Made by a program: the position numbers and the translations under genes | Notes under the pieces: model-generated | Database searches by the model: none | The model's input: only the letters and a program-made list of their open reading frames with translations | Told to the model about the DNA's origin: nothing | Shown here: one piece after another, positions 17,018 to 28,222 of the stretch | Position numbering within the stretch: the stretch's first letter is position 1 | Layout: each line of letters opens with the position of its first letter | DNA from: Allocoleopsis sp. | Lineage (GTDB): Bacteria; Cyanobacteriota; Cyanobacteriia; FACHB-46 | Reading direction: 5' to 3' | Length of the DNA: 40,369 nt | Assembly (NCBI GenBank): GCA_036703355.1 | Contig: DATNPE010000423.1 | Location: forward strand, 1-40,369

Positions 17018-19384
17018 ATGCGCTTATCTCCGGTCTTAGTAGCAGTTATTGCCGCTTCAGCATCCTTGAGCCTGTCCAATCCTGCGAGAGGACAATCCTC
17101 TGAAACGTCAGGAGCCTCGGACTCAACGGCGGGTGTCAAGGTAGTTGCTAATTCGAGTTCGATGGCGGCACCAGAAGCCGCAAAATCCGCTTTATTACCA
17201 GCGATCGCAATCAATTTGGCAACGGCACAGCCAGGAATATTTGCTAGTAATAGCGTGGTAGTGCCGACGGTCAGCGAACCGGAAGCTTTTCCAGCCGAGT
17301 TTCAAGCTCAAGCACCGACCTCACCCACTGAAACTCCTACCGAGGCTCCTTCGGGGAGTGTGACTCCCAGTGAGATCGAACTAGAACCTGCTGAGGAAAG
17401 CCCCGCTGCACCCGTAGGAACCCCACCAGGCACCATCACTCCTGAGCAGGAGACCCCCAACGAGATCCAACTTGATGGGATAACTGACCCAACTCCTAGC
17501 ATTGATTTCAACACTACGCCTCAGAATCCCACAGACACGACCAGTCCGACGGATGACGACACGAATCCTGAAGGAGAAACGAACGGAGAAACCCAAGCAA
17601 CACCAGAGGCAGCAGAACCCCGCGTCTTAGTGGGTGAAGTGTTAGTTCAAGGGGTCACCGGAGAACTTGAGGAGGAAGTTTACAACGCAATTCAGACTCG
17701 CCCTGGGCGCACGACGACTCGTTCTCAACTGCAAGAAGACATCAACGCTATCTTTGCCACCGGATTTTTCTCTAGCGTGCGGGCTAATCCTGAGGACACC
17801 CCGCTGGGGGTACGGGTGACGTTTGATGTCCAAGCGAACCCCGTTTTGAATTCAGTGCGAGTCGAGGGTAACCAAGTACTGCCCCAAAGCGTAGTTGATG
17901 ACATTTTCAAGGATCAGTACGGCAGCATTCTAAACCTGCGGCGGTTCCAAGAAGGCGTCAAACAAGTGAATCAGTGGTACCAGGACAAAGGCTATGTTCT
18001 GGCCCAGGTGATCGACACGCCCCAAGTGGCTGAAGACGGTTCAGTAACTTTGTCGGTTGCTGAAGGTGTGGTTGAAGATATTCAGGTTAAGTTCCTGAAC
18101 AAAGATGGCGAAGAAACCGATGATGAAGGTAAACCAGTGCGGGGTCGTACTCGCGACTTCATCATCACTCGCGAATTTGCCCTCAAGCCTGGAGATGTCT
18201 TTAACCGCAATCAGGCTGAAAAAGACCTACAGCGCGTTTATGGTTTGGGCATTTTTGAAGATGTCCGCTTAGCCCTCAATCCAGGCGAAGACCCCCGCAA
18301 AGTAGTGGTGGTTGCCAACGTGACGGAGCGTAGCACTGGCTCGGCTGGGGCCGCTTTAGGGATCAGCTCTGCGAGTGGCTTGTTTGGCAGTGTGAGCTAT
18401 CAGCAGCAAAACCTGGGGGGTAACAACCAAAAGTTGAACGCTGAAGTGCAGGTGGGCCAGCGAGAACTGCTGTTTGATGTCAGCTTTACTGACCCTTGGA
18501 TCGCAGGTGATCCTTACCGCACTTCCTACACCCTCAACGTTTTCAATCGCCGATCGCTATCTCTGATCTTTGACGGTGGTGATCCAGAAGTTGAGTTACC
18601 CAATGGCGATCGCCCCAGAATTGACCGTTTGGGCGGTGGTCTTACCTTTACCCGCCCGCTCAGCCGTGATGTCTTTGCAGATTCCGAGTGGACCGCTTCA
18701 GCTGGTTTGCAATACCAGCGAGTTTCGATTCGGGACTCCGATCGCGAAATTACCCCAAGAGACGAGATAGGCAATCTCCTCAGTTTTAGTGATGATGGTT
18801 CAGATAACTTGCTCACGGCTCAATTGGGTCTAGTCCGCGATCGCCGTAACAATCGTCTGCGGCCTACCAGTGGCTCTCTGCTGCGCTTTGGGACAGAGCA
18901 GTCGATTCCCATCGGCGGTATTTTCTTCAATCGTCTGCGAGGTAGCTACAGCTACTACATCCCAGTTGATTACACCAAGTTCTCCCCTGGCCCCGAAGCC
19001 CTAGCCTTCAACATCCAGGCAGGTACCGTGATTGGTGATTTGCCACCTTACGAAGCGTTTGCTTTAGGCGGTAGCAACTCCGTACGCGGCTATGACGAGG
19101 GTGAGGTAGGCAGTGGTCGCAGCTTCATTCAGGCTACCGCAGAGTACCGATTCCCAGTTTTCTCAATTTTGGGTGGAGCGCTATTTGTAGACTATGCGAC
19201 TGATCTCGGTTCTGGTTCTAGCGTTCCGGGAGATCCAGCAGGCGTGCGGGGTAAATCGGGAAGTGGTTTAGGATATGGTGTAGGCGTAAGAATTCAATCA
19301 CCTCTAGGGCCGATTCGAATCGATTACGGCTTTAACGATGAAGGTGACGGTCGCCTCCACTTCGGGATTGGAGAGCGGTTCTAA
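17018..19384 (+). CDS. bamA: Omp85/BamA (Toc75-like) outer membrane assembly protein
   Basis: Signal peptide MRLSP..., Pro/Thr/Glu-rich linker, POTRA repeats, VRGY motif, C-terminal [11 protein letters not shown] at 17018 preferred. Confidence 0.93.
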   Translation: MRLSPVLVAVIAASASLSLSNPARGQSSETSGASDSTAGVKVVANSSSMAAPEAAKSALLPAIAINLATAQPGIFASNSVVVPTVSEPEAFPAEFQAQAPTSPTETPTEAPSGSVTPSEIELEPAEESPAAPVGTPPGTITPEQETPNEIQLDGITDPTPSIDFNTTPQNPTDTTSPTDDDTNPEGETNGETQATPEAAEPRVLVGEVLVQGVTGELEEEVYNAIQTRPGRTTTRSQLQEDINAIFATGFFSSVRANPEDTPLGVRVTFDVQANPVLNSVRVEGNQVLPQSVVDDIFKDQYGSILNLRRFQEGVKQVNQWYQDKGYVLAQVIDTPQVAEDGSVTLSVAEGVVEDIQVKFLNKDGEETDDEGKPVRGRTRDFIITREFALKPGDVFNRNQAEKDLQRVYGLGIFEDVRLALNPGEDPRKVVVVANVTERSTGSAGAALGISSASGLFGSVSYQQQNLGGNNQKLNAEVQVGQRELLFDVSFTDPWIAGDPYRTSYTLNVFNRRSLSLIFDGGDPEVELPNGDRPRIDRLGGGLTFTRPLSRDVFADSEWTASAGLQYQRVSIRDSDREITPRDEIGNLLSFSDDGSDNLLTAQLGLVRDRRNNRLRPTSGSLLRFGTEQSIPIGGIFFNRLRGSYSYYIPVDYTKFSPGPEALAFNIQAGTVIGDLPPYEAFALGGSNSVRGYDEGEVGSGRSFIQATAEYRFPVFSILGGALFVDYATDLGSGSSVPGDPAGVRGKSGSGLGYGVGVRIQSPLGPIRIDYGFNDEGDGRLHFGIGERF

Positions 19385-19407
19385 GTTCCTTCCACTTCAA
19401 GGTCAAG

Positions 19408-20319
19408 ATGCTTTCAGAGCCGAAAAACGTTCCTCCTGCCATATCAGCTAATTTGCTGCTGGCTCCTGTACCGTTAACGTCGGGGCCACAGCAGACCCTC
19501 CAGACTGAGTTTGTCTGTTCTGGGGTAGGGTTGCATACAGGGTCGCCGACTCAAGTGCGAGTCCTACCTGCCGACTCAGGTCAAGGTCGCGTGTTTGTGC
19601 GGGTTGATCTGCCTGGTGCGCCTGAGATTCCTGCCTCTGTGGCCTCGGTGCATCAAACCATGCTGTCTACAGAACTGGCTCAGGGTGAAGCCAAGGTTAG
19701 AACGGTAGAGCATTTGTTGGCAGCGCTGGCAGGTCTGGGGGTGGATAATGCTCGGATTGAACTTGATGGTCCTGAAGTACCGCTCTTAGATGGTTCGGCT
19801 CAGAAGTGGGTAGAAGCGATCGCCCAAGCAGGAGTAGTAGCCCAATCAGCACCCAGACAAACTTATACCCTGACAGAACCAATCTGGGTTTACCAAGGGG
19901 ATGCGTTTGTAGCAGCGTTGCCTGCTCCAGAGTTGCGGTTTACCTATGGCATTGACTTCGATTTGCCTGCCATTGGCAACCAGTGGCACAGTTGGTCGCC
20001 TGCTCAAGAAAACTTTGCTGAGGCGATCGCGGCGGCTCGGACCTTTGGCTTAGCTCACCAGATTGATCAATTGCGGGCCAACGGTTTAATCAAAGGTGGC
20101 AGCTTAGAAAATGCTTTGGTTTGTGGCACGGAAGGATGGCTTAACCCTCCCTTAAGATTTTCAAATGAGCCAGTGCGTCATAAACTTTTAGATTTAGTAG
20201 GGGATTTAAGTTTATTAAATTTATTTCCCTGCGCTCACGTTTTAGCTTACAAAGCTAGCCACCACTTACACACCCAACTGACTCAGTTGATAGCTCAAAG
20301 GATGAAGGATGAGGGATGA
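19408..20319 (+). CDS. lpxC: UDP-3-O-acyl-GlcNAc deacetylase
   Basis: [25 protein letters not shown] and [11 protein letters not shown]. Confidence 0.97.
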   Translation: MLSEPKNVPPAISANLLLAPVPLTSGPQQTLQTEFVCSGVGLHTGSPTQVRVLPADSGQGRVFVRVDLPGAPEIPASVASVHQTMLSTELAQGEAKVRTVEHLLAALAGLGVDNARIELDGPEVPLLDGSAQKWVEAIAQAGVVAQSAPRQTYTLTEPIWVYQGDAFVAALPAPELRFTYGIDFDLPAIGNQWHSWSPAQENFAEAIAAARTFGLAHQIDQLRANGLIKGGSLENALVCGTEGWLNPPLRFSNEPVRHKLLDLVGDLSLLNLFPCAHVLAYKASHHLHTQLTQLIAQRMKDEG

Positions 20320-20325
20320 AAGATG
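20298..20325 (+). repeat. Heptamer tandem repeat spanning the lpxC stop codon
   Basis: AAGGATG AAGGATG AGGGATG AAAGATG. Confidence 0.8.
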
Positions 20326-20420
20326 AATCTGCGGATTCTGTCTGGACTCTTCCATCTCGATCCCAATAGCTGCCTGACTGGAAAGCGCATCACATCCTTC
20401 ACTACTGGCAAAAGTTACCC

Positions 20421-20945
20421 ATGTCCACATTGACTGATCTCAATACCACCGATGCTCCCAGCCATGTGGAGACACAGGCCAATGGGAGTGCAACATCTGC
20501 TGCCTCAACCAAGACTGTTCTAACTGTTGAGGATATTCACAAGCTGCTGCCTCACCGTTATCCCTTCTCCTTGGTCGATCGCATTATTGACTATGTGCCA
20601 GGAGAGCGAGCCGTTGGGATCAAAAATGTCACCTTTAATGAACCCCATTTTCAAGGGCATTTTCCGGGTCGTCCTATCATGCCAGGTGTGCTGATTGTAG
20701 AAGCAATGGCTCAAGTGGGCGGCGTGGTACTAACCCAAATGTCGGACGTGCAGGGTGGATTGTTCCTGTTTGCTGGCATTGATAAAGTGCGTTTCCGTCG
20801 TCCTGTCACCCCTGGTGATCAGTTAATCATGACGGTGGAACTGCTGTGTGTAAAGCGTCGTCGTTTTGGCAAGATGCAGGGCCGAGCTGAAGTCAATGGT
20901 CAGCTGGCTGCCGAAGGTGAACTCATGTTTTCCTTGGTGGACTAA
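20421..20945 (+). CDS. fabZ: 3-hydroxyacyl-ACP dehydratase
   Basis: LPHRYPF and [22 protein letters not shown]. Confidence 0.98.
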   Translation: MSTLTDLNTTDAPSHVETQANGSATSAASTKTVLTVEDIHKLLPHRYPFSLVDRIIDYVPGERAVGIKNVTFNEPHFQGHFPGRPIMPGVLIVEAMAQVGGVVLTQMSDVQGGLFLFAGIDKVRFRRPVTPGDQLIMTVELLCVKRRRFGKMQGRAEVNGQLAAEGELMFSLVD

Positions 20946-20991
20946 TGCTCTGTACTCTTAACCCTTTGGGATGGTGCCTGGAGGCGCGCCC

Positions 20992-21822
20992 TTGACTACA
21001 ACACTGATTCATCCAACGGCAGTTATTCATCCAGATGCAGAGTTGCACCCGACTGTTCAGGTAGGGCCATATGCTGTGATTGGGCCACAAGTGAAAGTGG
21101 GCCCTGACACCATCATTGGTGCCCATGTTGTCCTAGACGGTCGAACCGAAATTGGGGCTCGCAATCACATTTTTCCAGGAGCCGCGATCGGTTTAGAACC
21201 GCAAGACCTGAAGTATGACGGTTCTGTGAGTTTGGTGCAAATTGGTGATGATAATCGCATTCGTGAGTTCGTCACCATCAACCGAGCCACGCGAGCGCAC
21301 GAAGTGACCGTGATTGGCAATGGCAATCTACTGATGGCCTATGTTCACGTTGGTCACAACTGCATGGTTGAAGACAACGTGATTATCTCTAATGCGGTCT
21401 CTTTAGGAGGACATGTTCATATTGAGTCACGAGCGGTGATTGGCGGGGTGGGTGGCATTCACCAGTTTGTCCATGTGGGTCGGCTGGCAATGGTCGGTGG
21501 CATGAGCCGAGTCGTGAGAGATGTTCCTCCGTACATGCTGGTAGAGGGGAATCCTATCCGAGTTAGAACCCTCAACCAAGTGGGTCTGAAGCGGGCTGGC
21601 ATCATGGACTTAGAAGATGGACAGGTGTTTCAGTCTTTGAAAAAGGCGTTTCGCTGGCTCTATCGTTCTGGTTTGACTCTGGAGCAGGCACTAGAAAAAC
21701 TAGAGCTGCTACCTGAGAATGAACACCTACAGCACCTCTGTCGGTTCCTGCAACTCTCGCAGCAAGAAGGACGGCGTGGCCCTACTCCGGGTCGGCGTAA
21801 AGGTACGAGGAGCGAAGACTAA
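20992..21822 (+). CDS. lpxA: Acyl-ACP--UDP-GlcNAc O-acyltransferase
   Basis: Hexapeptide repeats, PQDLKY, IREFVTINR and IHQF. TTG at 20992 has GGAGG 7 nt upstream; alternative ATG at 20971. Confidence 0.95.
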   Translation: MTTTLIHPTAVIHPDAELHPTVQVGPYAVIGPQVKVGPDTIIGAHVVLDGRTEIGARNHIFPGAAIGLEPQDLKYDGSVSLVQIGDDNRIREFVTINRATRAHEVTVIGNGNLLMAYVHVGHNCMVEDNVIISNAVSLGGHVHIESRAVIGGVGGIHQFVHVGRLAMVGGMSRVVRDVPPYMLVEGNPIRVRTLNQVGLKRAGIMDLEDGQVFQSLKKAFRWLYRSGLTLEQALEKLELLPENEHLQHLCRFLQLSQQEGRRGPTPGRRKGTRSED

Positions 21823-21825
21823 AGC

Positions 21826-23091
21826 ATGGGGGAGCCGACCATACAGCGGGCCGCGATCGCAGACACTCCTGCCGCCTCCCGAACCATTCGCCTGTTTATT
21901 AGTACAGGTGAAGTTTCGGGGGATCTGCAAGGGGCAATGCTAGTGACTGCCCTCAAGCGCCAAGCTCAAGCTCTGGGCATTGAGCTAGAAATTTTGGCCT
22001 TGGGAGGCGATCGCATGGCTCAGGCGGGGGCCAAACTGCTCGGCAACACCACCGCTATTGGTTCGGTGGGCCTCTTGGAATCGTTGCCCTATGTTTGGCC
22101 GACGTTACAAGTCCAGCGGCGAGCTAAACAATATTTGCGTCAAAATCCCCCTGATTTAGTGGTCTTGATTGACTACCTGGGTCCGAATGTGGCGATCGGT
22201 AGCTATGTGCGGCAATATTTGCCTCAAGTGCCGATCGCCTATTTCATCGCGCCGCAGGAGTGGGTGTGGTCGCTCAGCCCCCGCAACACCGCTCGGATTG
22301 TCAACATCACCGATCGCCTCTTGGCAATTTTCCCGGAGGAGGCTCGCTATTTTGCCGCTCACGGTGCTCAGGTCAGTTGGGTGGGACATCCTTTAGTCGA
22401 TCGGATGCAAGCGGCCCCCGATCGCGTCAGTGCCAGAAAAGCCCTAGGAATTCCGGATAACCAAATGGCGATCGCCCTGCTCCCTGCTTCCCGGCGGCAA
22501 GAACTCAAGTACTTGATGCCTGTGATTTTTCAGGCAGCGCAAAAAATTCAAGCGCAACTGCCTCAGGCTCACTTTTGGATTCCGGTTTCTTTGGAGGCTT
22601 ATCGTCAGCCGATTGAGCAGGCGATTCGGCAGTATGGGTTGCGAGCCACTGTGTTGGCAGGACAGAGCAATAATTCTAAATTTGAAGAGTCGGCCACATT
22701 ACGGGCGATCGCAGCTGCAGATTTAGCCATTGGCAAGTCTGGTACGGTGAATCTGGAAATCGCCTTACTGAATGTGCCCCAAGTAGTGCTCTATCGAGTG
22801 GGTGCTGTCACTGCTTGGATCGCGCGCCACATTCTTAAATTTTCGATTCCATTCATGTCGCCACCCAACTTGGTAGAAATGAAGCCAGTGGTGCCAGAGT
22901 TTCTCCAAGACCAAGCCACACCAGACAATATCGCCCAAGCAGGACTAGAGTTATTGCTCAATCCAGAGCGGCGGCAGCAGACTTTGGCTGACTACCAATC
23001 CATGCGTCAAGCGATTGGGGAAGTGGGGGTCTGCGATCGCGCCGCCAAGGAGATTCTGCAACTGCTACCGTCTGAGTCGTTGCCGTCCTAA
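21826..23091 (+). CDS. lpxB: Lipid-A-disaccharide synthase
   Basis: GEVSGD, APQEWVW, VGHPL, LLPASR and KSGTVNLE. Confidence 0.96.
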   Translation: MGEPTIQRAAIADTPAASRTIRLFISTGEVSGDLQGAMLVTALKRQAQALGIELEILALGGDRMAQAGAKLLGNTTAIGSVGLLESLPYVWPTLQVQRRAKQYLRQNPPDLVVLIDYLGPNVAIGSYVRQYLPQVPIAYFIAPQEWVWSLSPRNTARIVNITDRLLAIFPEEARYFAAHGAQVSWVGHPLVDRMQAAPDRVSARKALGIPDNQMAIALLPASRRQELKYLMPVIFQAAQKIQAQLPQAHFWIPVSLEAYRQPIEQAIRQYGLRATVLAGQSNNSKFEESATLRAIAAADLAIGKSGTVNLEIALLNVPQVVLYRVGAVTAWIARHILKFSIPFMSPPNLVEMKPVVPEFLQDQATPDNIAQAGLELLLNPERRQQTLADYQSMRQAIGEVGVCDRAAKEILQLLPSESLPS

Positions 23092-23251
23092 GTGGTGATG
23101 ATGCCGCTGGAACGATTGGTGGCTATCGGAATCTATGCAGACATTAAACCGTGGGCAAAGAAATCTCCGTAATCATTCGGTACTAAATTTAACTTCTGAA
23201 AGGCACGCTGGAATCGTCAATTTGTAGGCAAATACACTTTGTCTGGCAGCT

Positions 23252-23458
23252 ATGCAGTCCTTAGTGCTTTCTCAAGCGTCTGATTTGGAAGAGGTGATTG
23301 GCAATATTTTCCTGTCTGGAAGTTTGACTGCGACTGAATACAAGTGGCTGATTGCCTTGTCTACCAACAAACTTGCCCAAGAAGCAGAAAAAGTTTTGAT
23401 CAATCGCGTTTTGTACGGAATTCGTCACGGTCTGCTGCAAATTGCTGAGCCAGCTTAA
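23252..23458 (+). CDS. Small hypothetical protein (68 aa)
   Basis: Isolated ORF between lpxB and der; C-terminal INRVLYGIRHGLLQI resembles a recurring cyanobacterial small-protein motif (IDRLLxAVRRG). Confidence 0.7.
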   Translation: MQSLVLSQASDLEEVIGNIFLSGSLTATEYKWLIALSTNKLAQEAEKVLINRVLYGIRHGLLQIAEPA

Positions 23459-23601
23459 CGGTTTGAAGCGAGGTTAAAGATGTGATGGCCCGGTGTTACC
23501 AGTCACTGACTCGGCAACGGCTTAGAGATAGAGCAACAATGGGTCGCAACCTTTAGAATAGAAGTTTAGACTCTGCAAAACTATTTGAGTGCGATCGCCT
23601 T

Positions 23602-24963
23602 ATGTCCTTGCCTATTGTTGCTATTATTGGTCGTCCCAACGTGGGCAAGTCAACGATTGTGAACCGTTTGGCGGAAACGAAGGGCGCAATTGTTTTTGAC
23701 GAACCCGGTATCACCCGCGATCGCACGTACCAACCTGCTTACTGGGGCGATCGAGAATTTTTGGTGGTGGATACGGGCGGTTTGGTCTTTGATGACGACA
23801 CAGAATTTTTGCCGCTGATTCGAGAACAGGCAATGGCGGCCCTCGCAGAGGCTAGTGCGGCTATTTTTGTCGTGGACGGTCAAGAAGGCCCCACGGTAGC
23901 CGATGAAGAAATTGCTACTTGGTTGCGCCAACAGTCGGTGCCCGTGCTGCTGACCGTGAACAAGTGTGAGTCTCCTGATCAAGGCATGGCTCAAGCGGCC
24001 CAGTTTTGGAGTTTAGGCTTAGGTGAGCCGTATCCCGTGTCTGGGATTCACGGCAACGGGACTGGTGAGTTGCTAGATGAGGTGCTCAAGCATTTGCCGC
24101 CAGCTGAGGAAGTGCCAGAAACTGCCGAAATTAAAGTGGCCATTGTGGGACGACCCAATGTGGGTAAATCGAGTTTACTCAATGCCTTTGTAGGCGAAAA
24201 TCGGGCGATCGTGAGTCCGATTTCTGGTACGACCCGCGACACCATTGACACGGTTGTCGAGCGAGATGGCCAAACCTACCGCTTGATTGACACAGCAGGC
24301 ATCCGCAAGAAAAAGCATATTGAGTACGGTCCCGAATTTTTCAGCATTAATCGTGCCTTTAAAGCAATTCGCCGCTCTGATGTGGTGCTGATGGTGATCG
24401 ATGCTTTAGATGGCGTGACGGAACAGGACCAGAAATTGGCAGGTCGAATCGCCGACGAAGGGCGTGCTTGCATCATTGTGGTCAACAAATGGGATGCGGT
24501 AGAGAAAGACGCTTACACCATTTATGACTACGAAGAACAAGTCAAAAGCCGCTTACAGTTCACGGAGTGGGCACCGCTGATTTTTGTCAGCGCTCAGACA
24601 GGGCAGCGGGTAGAAAAAATTCTGGAATTGGTCACCACAGCTGCCGAGCAACACAAGCGACGAGTGACCACTTCCGTGATTAATGAAGTCCTGGAAGACG
24701 CAACCAAGTGGCACACACCGCCAACCACGCGCCAAGGTCGTCAAGGAAGGATTTATTACGGCACACAGGTCAGTACTCAACCGCCGACGATCGCGCTGTT
24801 TGTGAATGAGGCGAAGCTATTTAATGACAACTACCGTCGTTATATTGAGCGCCAATTCCGCGAAAGTTTAGGATTTACTGGCACTCCGATTCGTCTCATT
24901 TGGCGGAGTAAAAAGATGCGGGAAATGGAGCGAGGGAGCGCTAACCGAGCCACCCGTGTTTAA
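23602..24963 (+). CDS. der: Ribosome biogenesis GTPase Der/EngA
   Basis: Two GRPNVGKS P-loops, DTGG/DTAG, NKCE/NKWD, KH-like C-terminus. Confidence 0.98.
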   Translation: MSLPIVAIIGRPNVGKSTIVNRLAETKGAIVFDEPGITRDRTYQPAYWGDREFLVVDTGGLVFDDDTEFLPLIREQAMAALAEASAAIFVVDGQEGPTVADEEIATWLRQQSVPVLLTVNKCESPDQGMAQAAQFWSLGLGEPYPVSGIHGNGTGELLDEVLKHLPPAEEVPETAEIKVAIVGRPNVGKSSLLNAFVGENRAIVSPISGTTRDTIDTVVERDGQTYRLIDTAGIRKKKHIEYGPEFFSINRAFKAIRRSDVVLMVIDALDGVTEQDQKLAGRIADEGRACIIVVNKWDAVEKDAYTIYDYEEQVKSRLQFTEWAPLIFVSAQTGQRVEKILELVTTAAEQHKRRVTTSVINEVLEDATKWHTPPTTRQGRQGRIYYGTQVSTQPPTIALFVNEAKLFNDNYRRYIERQFRESLGFTGTPIRLIWRSKKMREMERGSANRATRV

Positions 24964-25000
24964 CCCTTAGAATGAGTGAGAGTTTCATCCCCCAAATCGA

Positions 25001-26014
25001 ATGGATCTGCTGCGATCGCTGCCGTTAGGGCTGTACCTAGAACAACCGCAAACCTGGCTCCATCGGCTTGATCCCCGGATTAAGTTGGCTTGGTTGATGA
25101 GTTTTTTGCTGGCTCCGCTCTTGGCTAACCCGTTCTGGCGATTGTGGTTGGTGGCGTTGCTAGTGCTATTGACCTTAGCGGCGATGATTCCCTTGCGGGT
25201 GTGGCGACAGCAAATGGTTTGGCTATTGATGCTGAGCTGTTTTGTTTTGGTGCTGACTGCAATCGCGCCCGATGGCCTAGATGCCGAGCATCAACCGCGT
25301 CTGCCTGCGGATGAGTTGGCTTTTGCTCAGCAACCTGCAACGCCCCCACCTGGGTCCCGCTCTTCTTGGTTTGATCCCCGCGCTTGGTTCACCGACTCTG
25401 CGGATCAGGCCAATCGCGATCGCCCCGCCAATCAGCCTGCCCTCACCCAACCTTTACCGCAGCCTACGGCTTACAACTACGTCTTATTCAAGCAGAAGCC
25501 ATTTTTGGTGACGCGGCGATCGCTGGACTTAGGAGTACGGGTGAGCACGTTACTGTTCACCTTGATCTACAGTACCAATCTGTTTTTGCTGACCACTGCT
25601 CCTGAGGAGATTACCGCAGGTTTAGAGAGCCTGATGCGACCCCTGCGACGGCTCAACTGGCCTGTGACAGAAATCGTGTTGACGCTGACTTTGTCATTGC
25701 GATTTATTCCGTTGGTGCTGGAAGAAGTTCAAAATTTGATCCGCTCGGTTCGTACCCGTGCCATTAACTGGAAAAAATTAGGCTTTCGCGGAGCCGTCCA
25801 AGTTTGGATGTTGATTGCGGAGCGATTGCTGGAAAATTTGCTGTTACGAGCGGAGCAAATTGCCAGTGCCATGAAGGTCCGTGGCTTTACCAGTCCCAAT
25901 CAACATCGGGTGCAATGGCATCAGTTGCGTTTGGGTCTGCGGGATTGGTTGGCGCTGTTGGCACTGGTGGGGCTGTGGGGAGCGCGCCTGATTTGGGGTT
26001 GGGAAGTTTCGTAG
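25001..26014 (+). CDS. ECF transporter T component (CbiQ/Ycf92-like)
   Basis: LHRLDPRIK, LRFIPLVLEE and AMKVRGF motifs; multiple TM helices. Confidence 0.9.
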   Translation: MDLLRSLPLGLYLEQPQTWLHRLDPRIKLAWLMSFLLAPLLANPFWRLWLVALLVLLTLAAMIPLRVWRQQMVWLLMLSCFVLVLTAIAPDGLDAEHQPRLPADELAFAQQPATPPPGSRSSWFDPRAWFTDSADQANRDRPANQPALTQPLPQPTAYNYVLFKQKPFLVTRRSLDLGVRVSTLLFTLIYSTNLFLLTTAPEEITAGLESLMRPLRRLNWPVTEIVLTLTLSLRFIPLVLEEVQNLIRSVRTRAINWKKLGFRGAVQVWMLIAERLLENLLLRAEQIASAMKVRGFTSPNQHRVQWHQLRLGLRDWLALLALVGLWGARLIWGWEVS

Positions 26015-26033
26015 TCGTCATACCTTACCTGCT

Positions 26034-27542
26034 ATGTATCCGATTCAACCTTGGTGTTGGCGATCGCTCCCTCTGGCCGAACGCACAGGCTCTCAAGTTT
26101 TTGCGGCTTTATTTCGCCAACCGACAACTCAGGGCGATTCTAGTCCTGCGATCGCCACCCTGCTAGAAAGCCCCTACCCGCTCGTCAATCCTGGGGCATC
26201 TAGTTCGCTGCAACAAGCTCAGGCTCGTTACTCGATTTGTGCGGGTGCTCCCCGAACCATTGAGGGACAACTGCAACTTTGGACCCCTGAAGTGGGTGGT
26301 ATTTTGCCTTTTCTCGATCAACTGCTCCAGCGCGATCGCTCAGGTTTCTCAGAGGTGGGAACGCGATCGCATCCGGACCACTTGCCTTTTATCGGGGGTT
26401 GGTTGGGGTGGTTGGGCTACGACCTGGCTTGGGAGATTGAGCAGTTACCCTACCTCAAACCAGATTCCTTACCGTTTCCGGTGGCTTATTGGTATGAGCC
26501 AGAGTGCTTTGCTGTACTAGACCATGCGGAGCAAGGGCTCTGGCTAGCTGCGACCGAGGAAGCTCAACTCGATCAATTAGAGGAACGCCTCGCCACCTAT
26601 CAAGATATCTGGCATCCTGCATCGCTAACGTCGAACCCAGACTCTCCGCTAACAGCCCCTGCTCGCCTGCCCAAATTTCACAGCTCCCAGACTGACTACG
26701 AAGCGGCAGTGCTCAAGGCCAAGAACTACATCCAGGCGGGAGATATTTTCCAAACCAATCTATCAGTGCGGTTTGAAGCAGAATTGACCGCCGATAGTTG
26801 GTTGCTTTATCGTGCCTTGCAGCAGATTAACCCTTCCCCCTTTGCCAGCTATTGGCAAACCCCTTGGGGCGATGTGGTCAGTTGTTCTCCAGAGCGGTTG
26901 GTGCAGTTGCGAGGGCGACAGGCGCAAACCCGACCGATTGCTGGGACGCGATCGCGAGGAGTGACGCCTGTCCAAGACCAAGCCCATCAACAAGAACTCC
27001 TAGCCAGCGCCAAAGAGCAAGCGGAACACATCATGTTGGTGGATCTAGAGCGCAATGACTTGGGACGGGTGTCTGAGTGGGGATCGGTAGCGGTGAATGA
27101 ACTGTTGGCGATCGAGTTCTACAGCCATGTCATGCACTTGGTGAGTAATGTCATTGGCACCCTGCGACCAGATTGCAACAGCATTGATTTAATTCGAGGT
27201 ATGTTTCCTGGCGGCACAATTACAGGCTGTCCTAAAGTACGCTGTATGGAAATTATTGAGGAGTTGGAACCTGTGCGGCGCAGTTTGTTCTACGGCTCCT
27301 GCGGTTATTTGGACTGGCGAGGACAACTCGATCTCAATATCTTAATTCGCACCTTGTTAGTGACAAAAGGCGATCGCCCTGAACCAAGCAGTCTTCCAAG
27401 TTTTAAGGTGTGGGGACAGGTGGGTGCTGGTATCGTGGCCGATAGCGATCCCGAACGAGAGTGGTATGAGTCACTGCACAAAGCCCAAGCGCAATTAGCT
27501 GCGTTACGACTCGTAGAATGTCAAGCTCAAATCAACTCCTAA
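26034..27542 (+). CDS. Chorismate-binding MST enzyme (anthranilate synthase I-like / PabB-type)
   Basis: TLLES, NPSPF, SPERL, RPIAGT, EHIMLVDLERNDLG and FPGGTITGCPK. Confidence 0.9.
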   Translation: MYPIQPWCWRSLPLAERTGSQVFAALFRQPTTQGDSSPAIATLLESPYPLVNPGASSSLQQAQARYSICAGAPRTIEGQLQLWTPEVGGILPFLDQLLQRDRSGFSEVGTRSHPDHLPFIGGWLGWLGYDLAWEIEQLPYLKPDSLPFPVAYWYEPECFAVLDHAEQGLWLAATEEAQLDQLEERLATYQDIWHPASLTSNPDSPLTAPARLPKFHSSQTDYEAAVLKAKNYIQAGDIFQTNLSVRFEAELTADSWLLYRALQQINPSPFASYWQTPWGDVVSCSPERLVQLRGRQAQTRPIAGTRSRGVTPVQDQAHQQELLASAKEQAEHIMLVDLERNDLGRVSEWGSVAVNELLAIEFYSHVMHLVSNVIGTLRPDCNSIDLIRGMFPGGTITGCPKVRCMEIIEELEPVRRSLFYGSCGYLDWRGQLDLNILIRTLLVTKGDRPEPSSLPSFKVWGQVGAGIVADSDPEREWYESLHKAQAQLAALRLVECQAQINS

Positions 27543-27625
27543 GAGCCATCTGGCAACCTTTCGGTAGCGTAAAGGCGCGATTTCTCCTAAAGTGATGAAA
27601 TCTCGTCACTTAAGATTAAGTTCGC

Positions 27626-28051
27626 TTGAAGATTCGCCTCGGAACAGATATTGTCTACATTCCTCGAGTTCAAGCTGCTCTAGAACGCTTTGGAGAGCGG
27701 TTTCTCCAGCGGGTTTATACCCCAATTGAGCAGCAAGATTGCGGTTTGCTGGTCCCAGTGCCTGTTCAGGCGGTTCGGCTTCAGGAAAAGCAGCTCGGCG
27801 TATCCGCTAATCAGCTAGCGGGACGCTGGGCCGCTAAGGAAGCTGTTGCCAAAGCTTTAGGGACAGGATGGCGAGGTCTGCGCTACACCGATATTGAAGT
27901 GCAGCGACAACCTAGCGGCCAACCGCAAGTGTTTCTCTATGGGGCGGCGGCGATCGCGGCAGCTCAATGGGGAGATTATCATTGGCAAGTCAGCCTCAGC
28001 CATGATGGCGATTATGCGATCGCCACAGCAATTGTTTACTACTCTAACTAA
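27626..28051 (+). CDS. acpS: Holo-ACP synthase, AcpS-type phosphopantetheinyl transferase
   Basis: TTG start; 141 aa single domain; GTDIV, AGRWAAKEAVAKALGTG and VSLSHD. Confidence 0.92.
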   Translation: MKIRLGTDIVYIPRVQAALERFGERFLQRVYTPIEQQDCGLLVPVPVQAVRLQEKQLGVSANQLAGRWAAKEAVAKALGTGWRGLRYTDIEVQRQPSGQPQVFLYGAAAIAAAQWGDYHWQVSLSHDGDYAIATAIVYYSN

Positions 28052-28222
28052 ATAAAGAATTTAATTAAGTCTTGCTTTTAATGCGAATGAACTAATGACT
28101 CACTGTTAGAGCGATACTGAAACAGACTCCACGATTTAATCATAGGGATAGCGATCGCAACTACTAAATTTAGTTTGTGGCTTAAACCTTAGATCTAGCT
28201 ATTACGGCCAGCTTGAAGCTGA

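Noticed and set aside
23153-23250. GGGCAAA suggesting a c-di-GMP-I riboswitch, and GTA..TAC suggesting an NtcA box
   Set aside because: The GAAA tetraloop stem and second GCAAA element are missing; spacing is GTA-N9-TAC rather than N8.
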